From: Spirochaetia bacterium
GTDB taxonomy: Bacteria > Spirochaetota > Spirochaetia > SP-2023
Direction: 5' to 3'
Assembly: GCA_965263295.1 (NCBI GenBank)
Contig: OZ253665.1
Coordinates: 172,933 to 236,932, forward strand
Length of the DNA: 64,000 nt
A program made the position numbers and the translations under genes. Position 1 is the stretch's first letter; each line of letters opens with the position of its first letter. Positions 62,833 through 64,000 of the stretch are shown here, in pieces. The notes under the pieces were generated by a model, which worked only from the letters and a program-made list of their open reading frames with translations, did no database searches and was not told the DNA's origin.

Positions 62833-63548
62833 CTGCAAAAAACTTGAGTTTTTCGTTTGGCTTGCAAAGCATTTTGAAGGAAATCAGTTTTGAGCTGGGC
62901 CAAGGTGAAGTGCTATCTGTTTTGGGGCCCAGCGGAGTGGGAAAGACTACCTTGCTGCATCTTTGCGCCGGCCTTTTGCAAACCGATGACGGGGAGTTGG
63001 AAAATTCCTTTGCTCATTCCGCTTTTGCCTTTCAGGATCCCAGATTGCTGCCGTGGAAGAATGCGATGGACAATATCGCTCTGGTCTTAAGGGCTCGTGG
63101 ATTCAATCGTAGGAACGCCGCCATAAAAACGGCGCAAATTGCCCTGGATTTTGGCCTGGATGCCGGCGCTTTGCGGAAATTTCCCAAAGAACTGAGTGGG
63201 GGCATGCGGCAGCGAGTCTCTTTTGCCAGATCTCTGGTCGTACAGCCAGAGCTTTTGTTCCTGGATGAGCCTTTTTCCGCTCTGGATGTAGGCCTTAAAA
63301 AAGAGTTACAGATTCAGTTGATTCGCCATGTGGATGAAAACCGCCTCACTGTGTTTTTTATCACTCACGACCTGATGGAAGCCGTCGCACTCAGTGACCG
63401 CATTTTGCTGCTGGCTGCGGCTCCGGGCCGGATTGTCAGCACCTTATCCATTGCCACTCCGCGGTCGCAGCGAAATGATGCATTTGTCCATCGAGAGACT
63501 GCGGATATGCTTACCAATCCCGCCATTCGCCAGACCTTTGGAATCTGA
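62820..63548 (+). CDS. ABC transporter ATP-binding protein
   Basis: Walker A GPSGVGKTT, signature LSGGMRQR, Walker B LLFLDEPFSALD. ATG at 62820 overlaps the permease stop. Confidence 0.9.
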   Translation: MARLAAKNLSFSFGLQSILKEISFELGQGEVLSVLGPSGVGKTTLLHLCAGLLQTDDGELENSFAHSAFAFQDPRLLPWKNAMDNIALVLRARGFNRRNAAIKTAQIALDFGLDAGALRKFPKELSGGMRQRVSFARSLVVQPELLFLDEPFSALDVGLKKELQIQLIRHVDENRLTVFFITHDLMEAVALSDRILLLAAAPGRIVSTLSIATPRSQRNDAFVHRETADMLTNPAIRQTFGI

Positions 63549-63604
63549 CTTTGAAATTTAACACTTTGGAATTTAATTTTTATGGATTTTCACCCCAAAC
63601 CCAG

Positions 63605-64000
63605 ATGAGAACAGATACCAATCCCCGTCATCTCCAGTCCGCTGATTTTGCCGATTTCGCCCGTAGATTCTTTCCCGTTCTGGGACTCTTTTATATGGCG
63701 CTCGTGATGCTTCTGTTCGTTTTCTATGGGCGCAAAATCTGCTTGTCTGTCATTACCTGTGAGGAGCGGATGCAGTGGTATCAATACGAGTTGCTCTTTG
63801 GCATGGGAAGCTGCGCCATGATTGTATTTTTTTCACAGGCTTCTGGACACCGCACCGGCGCGCCATGTATGTTCGGCACAAGGCGTCTCATTTTACTGAG
63901 CGGCCTCTGGCTACTTGGGCGCTTCAATCATTTGACCCTAAACCTTTGGGGTATCTGGAGCACCGCCCTCCTTGATCTGACTTTTTCAGCAGTGGCCCTG
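63605..64000 (+). CDS. NnrS-family-like membrane protein, N-terminal part (runs off the window)
   Basis: Not in the track because there is no stop. ATG at 63605 is open for 132 codons. WYQYELLFGMGSCAMIVFF…HRTG…LILLSGLWLLGRF resembles the NnrS block W.HE.LFG…GF..TA..WTG…LWL.GR. Confidence 0.45.
   Translation, partial: MRTDTNPRHLQSADFADFARRFFPVLGLFYMALVMLLFVFYGRKICLSVITCEERMQWYQYELLFGMGSCAMIVFFSQASGHRTGAPCMFGTRRLILLSGLWLLGRFNHLTLNLWGIWSTALLDLTFSAVAL

Overview
This 64-kb window looks like ordinary bacterial chromosome, densely coded on both strands with about 55 genes. I found no rRNA, tRNA, CRISPR array, transposase, integrase or phage gene. The gene content (a flgN-like/flgK/flgL/fliW/csrA late flagellar operon, HD-GYP and PilZ c-di-GMP genes, fused pyrB-pyrI, a Wzi-like outer-membrane protein, FGE/SUMF1-domain proteins) reminds me of a flagellated diderm, possibly Spirochaetota, but that is an impression only.

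Housekeeping blocks recognised from motifs:
- sbcD (partial, missing from the ORF track), rsmA, dusA
- csrA-fliW-flgL-flgK
- pyrBI-pyrE-pyrF
- murJ, smpB, rsmI, flgM, proA
- a heterodimeric ABC exporter pair
- rpsD, cdd, a fused homocysteine S-methyltransferase/MTHFR gene
- recR-ybaB-dnaX
- rimP-nusA-infB-rbfA-truB
- a NitT/TauT-type ABC importer and a partial NnrS-like gene (also missing from the track)

Items most worth a second look:
1. dnaX stops just after an A10 run, and the tau C-terminal half continues open in the -1 frame. This is either recoding or a homopolymer length error.
2. A visibly AT-rich minus-strand cluster (GAF-HD-GYP, two unknown proteins, membrane PilZ) sits next to the flagellar operon.
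3. It starts at a 780-bp ORF-free AT-rich region, which also precedes a basic protein carrying an AT-hook-like RGRP motif.
4. Two tandem AT-rich chemoreceptor paralogs have multi-TM N-termini and divergent signalling tips.
5. A PTS-EIIA(Ntr)-like protein fused to a possible PII-like domain lies next to a cation antiporter and a CNNM/CorC gene.
6. An envelope-type cluster runs Wzi-like OMP, fatty-acid hydroxylase, SBP-like protein, FGE-domain membrane protein.
7. Candidate leader elements lie upstream of rimP-nusA-infB and of rpsD.

Several housekeeping genes carry in-frame tandem oligopeptide repeats. All calls rest on reading the sequence and the supplied translations by eye. No searches were run.
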